This document shows, in pieces, positions 20,588-35,731 of a DNA stretch of 64,000 bases. Position 1 is the first letter of the stretch. Each line of letters starts with the position of its first letter. The notes beneath the pieces are model-generated. The model was not told where the DNA came from, searched no databases, and was given only the letters and a program-made list of their open reading frames with translations. Origin of the DNA: the human T2T-CHM13v2.0 reference genome, Homo sapiens; NCBI RefSeq assembly GCF_009914755.1, contig NC_060928.1. One strand, 5' to 3'. Position numbers and translations under genes: made by a program.

Positions 20588-21604
20588 TTACATTTTGGCA
20601 TGATTTTGCAGCGGCTGGTACCGGTTGTTCCTTTCCATGTTTAGCGCTTCCTTCAGGAGCTCTTTTAGGGCATGCCTGGTCGTGACAAAATCTCTCAGCA
20701 TTTGCTTGTCTATAAAGTATTTTATTTCTCCTTCACTTATGAAGCTTAGTTTGGCTGGATATGAAATTCTGGGTTGAAAATTCTTTTCTTTAAGAATGTT
20801 GAATATTGGCCCCCACTCTCTTCTGGCTTGTAGGGTTTCTGAGAAGAGATCCGCTGTTAGTCTGATGGGCTTTCCTTTGAGGGTAACCCGACCTTTCTCT
20901 CTGGCTGCCCTTAACATTTTTTCCTTCATTTCAACTTTGGTGAATCTGACAATTATGTGTCTTGGAGTTGCTCTTCTCGAGGAGTATCTTTGTGGCGTTC
21001 TCTGTATTTCCTGAATCTGAACGTTGGCCTGCCTTGCTAGATTGGGGAAGTTCTCCTGGATAATATCCTGCAGAGTGTTTTCCAACTTGGTTCCATTCTC
21101 CACATCACTTTCAGGTACACCAATCAGACATAGATTTGGTCTTTTCACATAGTCCCATATTTCTTGGAGGCTTTGCTCATTTCTTTTTATTCTTTTTTCT
21201 CTAAACTTCCCTTCTCGCTTCATTTCATTCATTTCATCTTCCATTGCTGATACCCTTTCTTCCAGTTGATCGCATCGGCTCCTGAGGCTTCTGCATTCTT
21301 CACGTAGTTCTCGAGCCTTGGTTTTCAGCTCCATCAGCTCCTTTAAGCACTTCTCTGTATTGGTTATTCTAGTTATACATTCTTCTAAATTTTTTTCAAA
21401 GTTTTCAACTTCTTTGCCTTTGGTTTGAATGTCCTCCCGTAGCTCAGAGTAATTTGATCGTCTGAAGCCTTCTTCTCTCAGCTCGTCAAAATCATTCTCC
21501 ATCCAGCTTTTTTCTGTTGCTGGTGAGGAACTGCGTTCCTTTGGAGGAGGAGAGGCGCTCTGCGTTTTAGAGTTTCCAGTTTTTCTGTTCCGTTTTTTCC
21601 CCAT
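20588..21604 (-). CDS. ORF1: L1 ORF1p, uninterrupted 338 aa
   Basis: MGKKRNRKTGNSK...LQNHAKM; REKG, ARR and YPAKLS motifs intact; carries R159C. Confidence 0.95.
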   Translation of the reverse strand: MGKKRNRKTGNSKTQSASPPPKERSSSPATEKSWMENDFDELREEGFRRSNYSELREDIQTKGKEVENFEKNLEECITRITNTEKCLKELMELKTKARELREECRSLRSRCDQLEERVSAMEDEMNEMKREGKFREKRIKRNEQSLQEIWDYVKRPNLCLIGVPESDVENGTKLENTLQDIIQENFPNLARQANVQIQEIQRTPQRYSSRRATPRHIIVRFTKVEMKEKMLRAAREKGRVTLKGKPIRLTADLFSETLQARREWGPIFNILKEKNFQPRISYPAKLSFISEGEIKYFIDKQMLRDFVTTRHALKELLKEALNMERNNRYQPLQNHAKM

Positions 21605-23741
<2,137 letters not shown>

Positions 23742-23943
23742 ACAATGAGATCACATGGACACAGGAAGGGGAATATCACACTCTGGGACTGTGGTGGGGT
23801 CGGGGGAGGGGGGAGGGATAGCATTGGGAGATATACCTAATGCTAGATGACACATTAGTGGGTGCAGCGCACCAGCATGGCACATGTATACATATGTAAC
23901 TAACCTGCACAATGTGCACATGTACCCTAAAACTTAGAGTATA

Positions 23944-23984
<41 letters not shown>

Positions 23985-24971
23985 GATGTAAGGTGTGAAT
24001 CGGCAAGGAAGCTTAAATTAAATAAGAGAGATTAAGGCTTAGAATATTGTAGTCTATTAAAGATATATCCTGTCTATTCAGAGGTGAAGAAAAATTATGG
24101 CTAAGCAGCTGTTGAAATAGGGACTCAATAGAACATATTAGCCAAATGTATAATGACAAAATATTTGTCAGTGGTTGATTGGATTGAGCTAGTAATTTTA
24201 ATAATATTTCTTATTGAGTTATGGAACCGTTAATGGATTCTATAAGCTACTGTGAGGCTCAATTTATTATTTATTTAATTTTAGGTTTCAGAACAGAAAA
24301 CATTGAGCTATCAAACAGGGAAGGTTTGGGGATAATCATTCATTTATTCATTTTAGATCTCATTAACTTTTGATTTTTGAAGGCTTTATGTTAATTTATG
24401 TTAGGCCAAATTAACCATTTTTTTCTTGGGGATTTATGAGGTCTCATTTTGTTATGCCCATTTGTAAGTGTCCAATATTTAATTTAATTTTAATTTTTTA
24501 TCCATTGTGTTAGTGTTTCTATGCCCAGTATAGGGTATTTTAGGACAATGGGTACTATAGAAAATTTAGGCAGGTTATAGTTAAAGTAAGGTTTACTTTA
24601 CTGTTCATTGTCAGAAAATCAGAAAATACATAAAGATGTAAGTAAAATGTGAAAATTCTCTTTGACCCTAATACCTTAAAGATAATCATAGTTAACATTT
24701 TAGTTTAAACTTTTTATTGTTTGTAAATTCATACACAGGTAAAGGTATGTGTACATGTATGTCAGATATGTACATGTATGTTTAGTACCATTATAATATA
24801 GGCTTTTACATTCAGAAGACATTTATAAATTTATTTTAATAGATTAAACAACAACTCATGACAAATACTAACATTATTTCTGCTTGTATCTTCACATTTC
24901 AAGGGAGGATCTACAGTGATCATCACATTCTTAAAAACATTCAAGAAAAGGCTGAGACATTCAAGATTACA

Positions 24972-25254
24972 GGCTTACGCCTGTAATCCCAGCACTTTGG
25001 GAGGCCAAGGCAGGGGAATCACGAGGTCAGGAGATCGAGACCATCCTGGCTAACACGGTGAAACCCCGTCTCTACTAAAAATACAAAAAAATTAGCCGAG
25101 CGTGGTGGCGGGCACCTGTAGTCTCAGCTACTCAGGAGGCTAAGGCAGGAGAATGGCGTGAACTCGGGAGGTGGAGCTTGCAGTGAGCCGAGATCGCGCG
25201 GCTGCACTCCAGCCTGGGCGACAGAGCAAGACTCTGTCTCTAAAAAAGAAAAAA
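24972..25254 (+). mobile_element. AluY, slightly 5'-truncated
   Basis: 'gagatcgagaccatcctggctaacacgg' and 'gaatggcgtgaac' diagnostics; TSD AAGAAAAG(G/A)CTGAGA at 24943-57 and 25255-69. Confidence 0.95.
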
Positions 25255-25419
25255 AAGAAAAGACTGAGAATTATTTTTTACTCCAAGGATTTTATTGTTT
25301 AACAGTATTTCATAAAAACTTCTCCATGATTAAACATCACCAGCAATTTTAACAATTTGTTTCATGTATTATTTGCTTTCTACTTATTTTTCTCTTGATA
25401 GTTATTCTCATGACCCTTA

Positions 25420-26090
25420 AAATATGAAAGATGTTCAGGATCACTCATAAGAGAAATTCAAATTAATATTATAAAATATCATTTCTCACTTATAAGATTG
25501 TCACAAATCCAAAATTTAGACAACACACTCTGTTCAGGAACTTGTGCGAGTTAAAATCACACAACTCCTTCAGAGATGAATTTGTTATCTAACAAGATTA
25601 TCTTTCTATATATAACAATTTGTAATTTGACTCAGCAATCATATTTCTAGTTTGTTTTATAAAACAAAACATTGTAAACAACCTAATTGCCCAATAAGTG
25701 AAACGTTGAATACAATATGGTATATCTACATAAGAGAATATTGAAACTATAACATATACATGACAACAAATAAAACCTATAAACCAATAGAAAGTGATTT
25801 CGAAGATGTAGTAGTAAAAAAATGGAAAAGGCACAACTATAAATATAGATATTTGTATTTATGTAAAATATATATTTGTTTATTTTTGCAATAAGAAACA
25901 CTGTAATAATTAATGAAAAACTAATAAAAATTGTTTCTAATAAGAGCTAACTGGGTTAGGACTAAAAGGAAGAGGTAGAAATAAGAATTCCCAGAGAATA
26001 CATTTTTATGGAGATTAAATTTCATAACTCATAAGTGTTTTATATATTTTATTTAGTAAAAATTTAAAATAATTAACTTTTGAATCAATT
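25420..26090 (+). mobile_element. Old L1M(E) 3' fragment
   Basis: degraded L1 ORF2-end motifs 'atcatttctcacttataagattg', 'tttgactcagcaatcatatttctag'. Confidence 0.45.
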
Positions 26091-26949
26091 CAAAAATAGA
26101 ATTGATTCTACATTTCTATTTAAATCAGACTGGAAGAAGAGAAATTTTTGGTTCAGTTAGGCAAATAGAAAAAAATATAATTATGGGTTCTCCTCCTGAG
26201 ACTCCAAAAAATTATTGCAGGAGCAAAGTAAGAAAAAGTTTCTGAGAGTGCTGATGCCAACATGGAGCAAAACTAACTGTATAACTTCCAAGGGTCCATT
26301 CTTTAAGAATGCATGTGTTATAGACAAAAAGAGGAACAAAGTGAAGTTGCAAATTAAGGGTAAGATGAATATCTGTATTGTAGGATGGCTTGTAGCCAGA
26401 TATTTAATCCCAAATCCAAAAACTAAACAATAACAGCAACAAAAAATAAGATTATTGCCTTCAAAAATTGACTTAGTTATTTTAGTAGAATGATGGCAGC
26501 TCTTTTGAAACCTGTGGTGCATTCCACCAGAGTAACTGAGGAAAGCGTAATGAAGGGACTATATACAAAGGTACACACAGGATAGATGGAAATCATTTAA
26601 GGATACTGAACTATCTGGGTCTAACAAGTAGGGAGCTATTATCACTTGGTCACTTGGAAACCTGAAGGAGTAAAGGGAGACGGGCATACAGGAACTAGCA
26701 TGAGCTTAGACAGAAATAGCAGCTGTAGGGTCTAGAGTAGAGTTGGAAGAACAAACAAAAGATCTGTCACAGATCCCCAAAGAACAAAGTTTTGTGTTCT
26801 TCAATATATGTATCCTTCATTGTCATTGCTGGCTCCTCATCTGCTCTTCTAAAGGCAAAGACAGCTAGTTGACAAACTGATTATTTGTGTGTTTGTGGAA
26901 AATTTGTGGAGTTTCATTTACAAATATCTCTGGGTAAATCGACATTACT

Positions 26950-27800
26950 GAACACTTGAAAAGTCTGCAATATGACAGAGAAAGATATACTTAGAAAAAG
27001 AAAGAGAAAAGAAAAATAAAACTTCAGTTTATTTTGATGATTTAGGGCATTTAGAAAATATTAACAACATGAGCAAATAAATCAAAAGATAAATTTTAAT
27101 TATTGTCCTTGAAGATTTTGAGTAGACTTTGAAGTCAAAGAAAAGAAAACTGTGCTAAAACAGGCCAATTCAAATATTAATCAAAATTTTTAATTTTAGT
27201 AGGAAAAAAGACCAATTCCAGAAGAGAAAAAAGTAAAGGATAATAGTATTGTCAACAACAAAAATAAATCTGAAAATTTTAAATATAAAAATTAATGACA
27301 AAATAAACAACAAAAAATAAAACAAATAAATTAGATTATAGATAAATGCCATAGAAAAATGATATTCAAAATCCAACAATTAAATGTTAAGGGCTTCAGA
27401 CAAATTGAGTGGAGAAATGGAGAGGAAGAAGTAATCAAACAAATAATAAAATAAAATGACATGTTGTTGAAATGAACACGTCTTAAAATTGATATTTCTC
27501 AAAAATACTGTTCAGTATTAGTAGGAAAAAGCTCCAAAACATTGTGAGTCTTAAACCCTAAGACTTACAAGAAACTTGTCTTCCAGAGAAGAACCTAGCC
27601 ACTTGCAAAGAAGAAAAATCAGTTTGTTATGAGACCTCTGGATGCTAAAAGAAGAGTGGATAGTACCCTTTCAGATCTTAAGAAAATAGTTTCCAACTTT
27701 GCATTCTCTATCTAGCCAACTTACCAATCAAGTATGACTACAGAAAAAAGATAGTTCAGATACAAAAACCTTCAGGAATATTATCTCTAAAGTTGGTTTT
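26950..27800 (+). mobile_element. Ancient L1 ORF1-like fossil (L1M/HAL1-like)
   Basis: A-rich; 'tttccaactttgcattctctatctagccaactt' resembles the FQPRILYPAKL-coding segment. Confidence 0.35.
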
Positions 27801-28855
27801 GTTGATGTTGTTTGTTTTTTATTTTTCCTTCAGGATATTCTATTAGAGATTAGGCAAGTCAAATGAAGAGCAAAGCCCAAAAGGAGAAAGACATAGATCC
27901 AGGAACCAGCAGAACTATGAAGGTTCTGAGAGAACCTCACAGGGAGATGTTCCAGAGGAACATTTCCGGATTTTTCTGGATAAGCAACTACAGGGAATTT
28001 CCGGATAAGCAGCTACAGGGAAATCCTAGAATATAAAAAGGTTACTTTGGACCAGAACAATGGTGACCTGAGGAAGAAGACTTCAAGGAAAAAGAAAATG
28101 TGGATATGATAAAGATGTAGGATTATGAGTTGTAAAGGTGTAGAATGAATGAAAAAGTTTCTAGAAGCTCAAAACCATGCAAAGTAAGACACGTTTCTTA
28201 TATAAGCAAAAATCACAGCATGATTTTGAATGCTAGAAAATTAATTTTTAAAAGAATCAATTTCACCTTGATGTTAGGAAAACTTTCCTTTGAGTGGATT
28301 AGCGGACTGGATCAGATATAAAATGTTGTAAGAAACCACCTGATGCTTCATTGAACAATATTTGCATTATCAAAATTATTTGATGCTGCTTATTGGTTTA
28401 TAATTTTTTAAATTTAAAGATAAATCTCAAAATACTTAAGTTTTATCATTAGTAGATGTAAATAGGTCCCCATTGACAATATAAACTTTTTTTTTTCTTA
28501 ACTGATAGAGGTTTAAATGTGAGAGATAAAAGAAATAGAAGGGCAGAAAGACTTTTATTTTTATTCTATAAAATGGGGAAAAATTATATGTTTCTGTTAT
28601 TGACAATGTGAGTATGGAACTTTTGGTATGTGGTCTTACATTCCAGAAGTAATCATTACAAAAATAGTGATATCATAAAGATAGAAGTGACATGAAAAAA
28701 AGTCTACATCCGATAAATTTTTAAAAATGGAATTTGCATATTATTTAGAAATGATGTGACAACCAAAAGTATTAAGAACAGAAATATATAATTAAATGTG
28801 ATTGTTTCTGAACAATGTGACTAAAAGTAAAGATGGGGAAAGAGAGGGGACTTTT

Positions 28856-28990
28856 CCTAATGCATGCAGGGCTTAAAACCTAGATGACTGGTTGATAGGT
28901 GCAGCAAACCAGCGTGGCACATATATACCTATGTAATAAACCTACAGGATCTGCACATGTATCCCAGAACTTAAAATAAAAATAAAAATA
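28856..28990 (+). mobile_element. L1PA8-10-like 3'UTR fragment with an Alu in its tail
   Basis: 'gcttaaaacctagatgactggttgataggtgcagcaaacc...gtatcccagaacttaaa'; TSD AAAGAGAG(GG/TA)GACTTTT at 28839-55 and 29304-20. Confidence 0.85.
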
Positions 28991-29356
<366 letters not shown>

Positions 29357-31229
29357 CTATTTTCATAATTAGTTTAAAAATGCATATAAAGAAAAATAAA
29401 TAATATGAAAACCTATTTGTAATAGTCAATTTAAACAAATAAACCTTATTTTTATTACATACCAAATTGAAAATTAATTTTATTAAATATATTTCTAATT
29501 AGATTTATGGACATTTGAACATCTATGCAAATACATATACGATCACCATGTGATTTTAAAAAGAAATTATATTTTATTATCTACCACTAAGATATGTTAT
29601 CAAAGATTATGATCATTTAAGAAATAAATGGCAATTTCTAGCGTATCAGTGGACATTTTATTATCTTGTCTTACTATTACGTTTTATTCCACTTTAAATT
29701 CTAAGAGTGCCTGATTCTCCACATGCCTTTTCTCCACTTAGTCTTATTCTTCAGTAACATAGAAAACAAGTTGCTAGCAGGGTGCATTTGTACTTTGAGA
29801 ATGTCTAAGTCTTTACTGCCCTTCTATTATTTACATTTCCTGGGATGCCGATGTATACCAATAAAGGGCATGAGAATATGACTTCTGCAGAGACATTTAT
29901 GTTTTCAGCATTGCCTGTGTGTTAAAAACTCATGGCACTTAAAAAAAAAAAAGAAAGTTGCTCTTTTATAGTATCAGTTCAAAAAAGAAATAATCACTTG
30001 GGAAATTTTACTCTGTATCTGCTGCAAAGAAACCCAGCAGAGAAGAAAGGCTTACAAAACCATAGAAGGCAGTAAATGTCAGAAAAGGTGGGTCATTCTT
30101 GCTTGTAACCATAAGGGCATTCCACTTATACTCAAGCTCATTGTTATGCTTAGTCAACTATAACCTTATGTCAAGCTGATCTTTGGTCTGTGGAAGTCTA
30201 GAAGTAACTATAGGTAACAAATTTTGAAAAAATACACTCTCCCAATTTGGACTAGAATTTTGCAGGCATTTAACATTGACTAAAATTTAATTGCAGTTAA
30301 CACACAACAATAAAATTACTTCTTCCAGTTCCTAAATTTCTAAGCTTCATTATGGGTGAGTTTTTCAAATGCAATTTTCATTTTTATCAATTATCTAACT
30401 GCATTTTTCAAATTCAAGAATTGATACATATTCTGATGTGCTAAGAAAATCAAAGTAACTCTCTTAAATGTAACATTGTTTTTGTCTGTGCACCATCAAA
30501 GTGTTTTTAACTAGCATACAACATATAGGAAAAAATGGGAAATTGTGGACTTCCAATATGAACCAGAAAATGTATTTGTTTATTTTAAAATATGTTTGTT
30601 TGATTTTTTAGTTCCACGGAATGACTAACATTTAATAAAATCAATAGTTTAAGTGAAGTAACAAACATAGTTGAAATATGTGAACATTTTCATCTTGTTT
30701 TATCAAACTAATAATCATAAGGCAAACTGCATTCAGTTTAAATCCCCAGAATGCTCACAGAATAAAGATTCCAGGACCTCTCTAGAATGTGAAACCAAAT
30801 TAAATGGGTGTGTGCATATACATAATATTAAGATCATTTTGATTTGTTCTACTTTTGAAAGTTTTTCAGAAATTAACTGTGAAGATGAAATTTTCTGCTA
30901 TAAATATGGCAGCAAATGAAGTAATGATGACACTGTTGAGAAAATTTGGTTATGAAATAGCCACATGCTTGTTCTGACATTCTACAAATATTCCATGAGG
31001 TAAAGGCATATGGATGTTTACTTTGGAATTGATGTACCCAGCTATTTAATTATGGATTTAGTTTATGCTACTTATTCAATGATGAGTAAATATAATTTAA
31101 GAAAATTCAGGAATACATATTAAAGTTTCCTGTTATAATTTTCCTCATTTCTGAGTAAATCCTTTCAGCTAACATAAAACAGGAATGTTAGACTGGCTTT
31201 TAAAAAACAAAATAGAAGCAATTGTTGCA

Positions 31230-31530
31230 CTGGGTGTGGTAGTTCATGCCTGTAATCTCAGAACTTTGGGAGGCTGAGGTGGGAGGGTCACTTGAGTCCA
31301 AGAGTTCAAGACCAGCCTGGGCCACATATTGAGACCCCGTATCTACAAAAAAAAAAGCCAAGCATGGTGGTGCGCACCTGCAGTCCCAGATACTCAGGAG
31401 GCTGAAGTAGGAGGATTGCTTGAGCCTGGGAGGTTGAGGCTGCAATGAGCCATGAAGGTGCCACTGCCCTCTAGCCTGAGCAACAGAGCAAGACCCTGTC
31501 TCAAACGAACAAAAAAGTAAACAAAACAAA
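31230..31530 (+). mobile_element. AluJ
   Basis: 'cacttgagtccaagagttc', 'ggattgcttgagcctggg'; CAATTGTT on both flanks. Confidence 0.92.
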
Positions 31531-31624
31531 CCCAATTGTTATTAGCATAGAAGGGAGCATGGGATAACCTGCCATCACATGTGCCTTCTTTTCAATATAA
31601 CAATGTCCTGAAGGCAAGCCATTC

Positions 31625-31880
31625 ACTACTTTCATTTATTCATTACATCAAAAATATTTCTTGAATATGTACAAGGTACCACAAACTCTTCTGCAAGATA
31701 AAGTATGAAAATAAACAAAACACGCATAACTGTTTGTCCTCATGAGATTTATATGTTATTTGTAGAAGGTAAAAAATAATAAAAAGCCCAACTTAAAAAA
31801 CAAACTTTGAAGGTCAAGGATATGGAAGGTGCAGTGAAGAGAATAAGAAGCAATTATTGAAGTGGAAAGAAAATGAGAAC
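31625..31880 (-). mobile_element. L2 fragment
   Basis: 'tcatttattcatt...aaatatttcttgaatatgtacaaggtacca'. Confidence 0.45.
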
Positions 31881-33006
31881 ACTCGATTTATTTATAACTG
31901 TGATTGACTGTTGGATTTATCACCTGGTGACTAAAATCAACTCGTAGAATTATGTGAATCAAATGAGAATTTTGATAGGTGTAAAAAAATATTGAAAGAG
32001 AAGAAGTGGGCAGTAGCCGGATGGCGTATCTGTATACATATCCTAATACAGAAAACATTGTATCCTAGCAATATGACAAAAAAAGATAAAGCAATTGGTT
32101 TGAAATGATTCCCTTATTTATAACAGCCTCAGTTTTGGACCAAGTAAACAGAAAAAAAAATAAAGTGGAGATTTGAGTATGAAAAACTATTTAAGCATAT
32201 AATTTAATAAAATTGGTAATCACAACAGATTGTATACAAAATGGCATTTTTCTATTAGATTAACTCTCAAACTATTAATGAATTCTGAAAGTCACAAATT
32301 TATTTCCACTAAAAATCACATGTGCGGAGGAAATATGTCTATTTTTTTTCCTGTAAATTACTTTATCTTTTTCAAAAATCAGCACCTTCTTGGTGGAATC
32401 TCCAATACTATATGGTGTGTCATGTAAGCCTTTAACACTATGAGCTTTCTATGCAACAAATGAAATTCAATCTCTAGGAAAATCTTCAGTGTCCCTGATA
32501 TCTGATCTTTAGCATAAAGTGCCCTTCCTTTCAAGATAGTATCTGGTTATGGGGTGAGAGTTCAGTATGTGACTTAATGTGTCTTGTGAGAATGTCCTGC
32601 TGTCTAAGAGTTACACCTCTCCTAGATGGGGTCTTTGGAATAAACAACTATATTGTCGTTGTACTATGGGAATATTACTAGTTTTACTGATAGCTGTTTA
32701 ACCTATTGATGACGCTGACTGAAGTTTATGGCCGGTATAAGCATTAATCCGCTCTATCTCACAATTGGGTCAGATGCTGGTCAGCACTGTGTGACTAACT
32801 TAAATTCACGAATCAAGGTCTGCCTGTGGACATAGACACTTGAGTTTTGCCATTCACTCTCTAAACCTTGGTTTGGGAGTTTGGAAGAGCCGTCACCAGA
32901 GTGTACTCTACTGTAAACATCCTCATTTGTAAAGCCTCTTCTCGTGCATGCATAGCATTCATTTGGAGATATTTAAATGGTAGACTGAAAATATCTAGGG
33001 TTGACT

Positions 33007-33088
33007 TTTCTATCACTGTTTATCTATTTATCTATTTCTATCTATTTATTCTATCTATTTATTCTATCTATTCTATTTCTATCACTGT
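33007..33088. repeat. (TCTA/TTTA)-type tract between two 13-bp direct repeats
   Basis: TTTCTATCACTGT at 33007-19 and 33076-88. Confidence 0.9.
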
Positions 33089-35599
33089 CCTCAGGTAAGA
33101 AGGACATCAAATTCTGTACAGTCTCTCTATGCTGGTTTTTGCATACCCCTCCATATTTGCATTTTCATTCGCCTAGTGTATTATGTTATCACCTCACGCG
33201 TTATATGCCCATGTCGCACTTTCAAAGACCGGTCTCTAGTCTGTGCTGACTACCATGCTTATAATACCGGTAGAGCCGATACTTCACAGTACGACTTTTC
33301 TCATTACTGTTGTTCTTAATATTTACCTATGCAACATCTAAACCTCCACCCAAACATTTAAAATACTGGAGTCATGACTCTTATATTCTAGTAATTTTGC
33401 CAGCCATGGGAAGATGAGATAATTTTGTTATTCATAGAGAATTGGGAAGTGCTATTTTAAAAATATTTCCATGATATTTGCCATCACCAAAATCGCGTGC
33501 AGCTTGTGAAGCATTCACCTTTGAGACTTATTGTTTCCTCTTATTTTCTATGTCTGCAATTTAGGGCTAGTTTCCAGGTGGACATGTTGCTTCATATTAT
33601 ATAGGAAAAGTCAGAAGATGAAACCAACTGTATCACTTGGTTTCCGCATAAAACTTGAAAAGTTAGTGTCCAAACCCTTTGTGTTTCTGGACTTAGGTTA
33701 TTAGAAATTCCCAGGTATGTTTTAAAAGAGAGAAGCACAAATATGTTATACTCTATCATTTCATCCCTTAAAAATTAATATTTTCTCTGAAATCCTATTT
33801 TAAAACAGTATGATTTCCTAAAATATTCTCATTGCCTTAAGGGTTTCAAAGATTTTGCAAATAAAAGATTTAATCATGAGCACAGCATCCCTAACCAAGT
33901 TCCACCTTAGAGAATCAAGCAAAGCACAAAGTACTTTATTATAACTCAAAACTAATTGAATAGATACTTAAATGACAATTTAAGTAATTTGAGTAAAGGA
34001 AAAAACACCTAATCATTCTTCAAACTCCCGTTTTTAATGGTTAAGGCACAAATTCAAGCAAAAAAAAAGTATATTTTATTTTTACAGAACAAGTAGACAT
34101 GTAAAAGGCAAAAACATAGTAAACTCACCTTATATCTTCTGATATTTAAATGTCAAAATTTCTTAACATTATATATAAAAATCCAGTTTATTTTCTATTT
34201 CATTAATTTTGCTTTTTTCATAAAATTCCAAACACTTTATATACTTGTTGAATATAGTGATTTTGAAATACCTATAAGATTTTTTTTAACTTTCCAAGTA
34301 CTTATTTTTGAAAAACTGAACTTACGAAGTAATAGTCTGGCAACGTTTTAATCTTCTTTTATGAACATTACATGAAGACTGACTTTTTTCTAATTTATAT
34401 TTGTATCAAAAACCATTATACCCATGGGGGGCAATCTGTATTTCATTTATTATATTCTTTACTTAAAAATCAAAGAGCCCATAATAATTCTGTATAATGT
34501 TTATTGAAACAGGTGTATAACAATTTAAGTTTAATCACAGGATAATTACTAATTATAATTAAGACCTCAATATCTCCTTAGGCTTTTTTTGTTATACTCC
34601 TGAACTTAAAGTACTGAATATTTTTTTCTGCACACATAAAACATAAAATATTATCTATCTTGAATTGGCTAAATGCTTTAAGACAAAAGTCTGATAAAAT
34701 CATAAATCACTCTGGATCTAGCTTTGCATGACGTGGAGGCATGCACATTTTTAAGATTCCCAGTATGCCATTGGCTGGCTTTTTGCATGTGTGTTCCAGG
34801 AGAGGGGCTCTGACAGTATTTCGAGTGATTGTAATTTTCATCTCTGCTGGTAGTTGTTGGGCTTCAGTGAGAAGCTGGAACCACTGAATCAGTTCACAAT
34901 GAACACATTGAATACAATGAACACAATGAACACTTTGAGGATTAAATACAACCTTAACTCCCCAGGGTTTATTCTGAGGAAGGCAGTATTGTTTTGTGTT
35001 AGGTAATCAAAATTTTATATGAACGTTAATAAAAGACATAAACGTGCTTTTTAAAACTCTAAAAAATGTGCTTAGATTGCTAATGTTATATACAGTTAAT
35101 TCATTTTGAATTTAAAACAAAATGAAACAAAGTATCAATAGTTTTCAACTACCAATAGAGTCTCAGTACAGTGCTTAAATAAGCTAACAGATGTGTGGAT
35201 TTTTTTTCTAATTATTTATGAAGAAGACACAATAATGCAGAGTTGAGCTTTTTAAATAATGTATTTTATTGCTTATAATTCCTTCTTTGTTACTGTTTAA
35301 AACATTTACCTTTTTATTTAACGACTGTAAATCAAGGATCTAATTTTTTATTGCCATAATTATTGTGGCACTTTTTAGCTTCTAATAACTCTAATAATCA
35401 TTGTGTCATAAATACACATTGTCTACAATTGCTTCTCATGGCATATAGTGGAAATGTTTGTACCACTTAATGAAATAAATACATAAAATGTGAACAGTCA
35501 CGAGACTAAAATTTACAATGTTGGACACTTTCATCTATTTTAAGCAATTACTTTCGATATCGTTAACTACAGAAGGTGTGACATTTACTTTTTTTTCAG

Positions 35600-35731
35600 G
35601 TTGTTTTCCATATTGGCTCCCTGGAAAGCCTTAGAAATTCTCAAGAAGTCTTGGCTACTGATTCCAGATATCCGTGTCAAGGTGGAGCAAAGTGTACATC
35701 TGCTTTATCACTCAAATGGCTCATTTTATAA
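35600..35731 (+). other. Candidate plus-strand exon
   Basis: strong acceptor ttactttttttttcag|G; possible donors AAG|GTGGAG (35681) or TAA|GTGAAT (35731); one frame is open but the peptide is not recognised. Confidence 0.25.

Noticed and set aside
27960-28025. Short tandem duplications (also 34897-34933, 36311-36352, 37366-37398, 63340-63380)
   Set aside because: Ordinary slippage duplications with no regular unique spacers, so not CRISPR-like.
32706-32990. TGATGA...CTGA as a C/D snoRNA or hammerhead core
   Set aside because: The box C context and spacing are non-canonical, there is no terminal stem, and no CUGAUGA/GAAA helix architecture.
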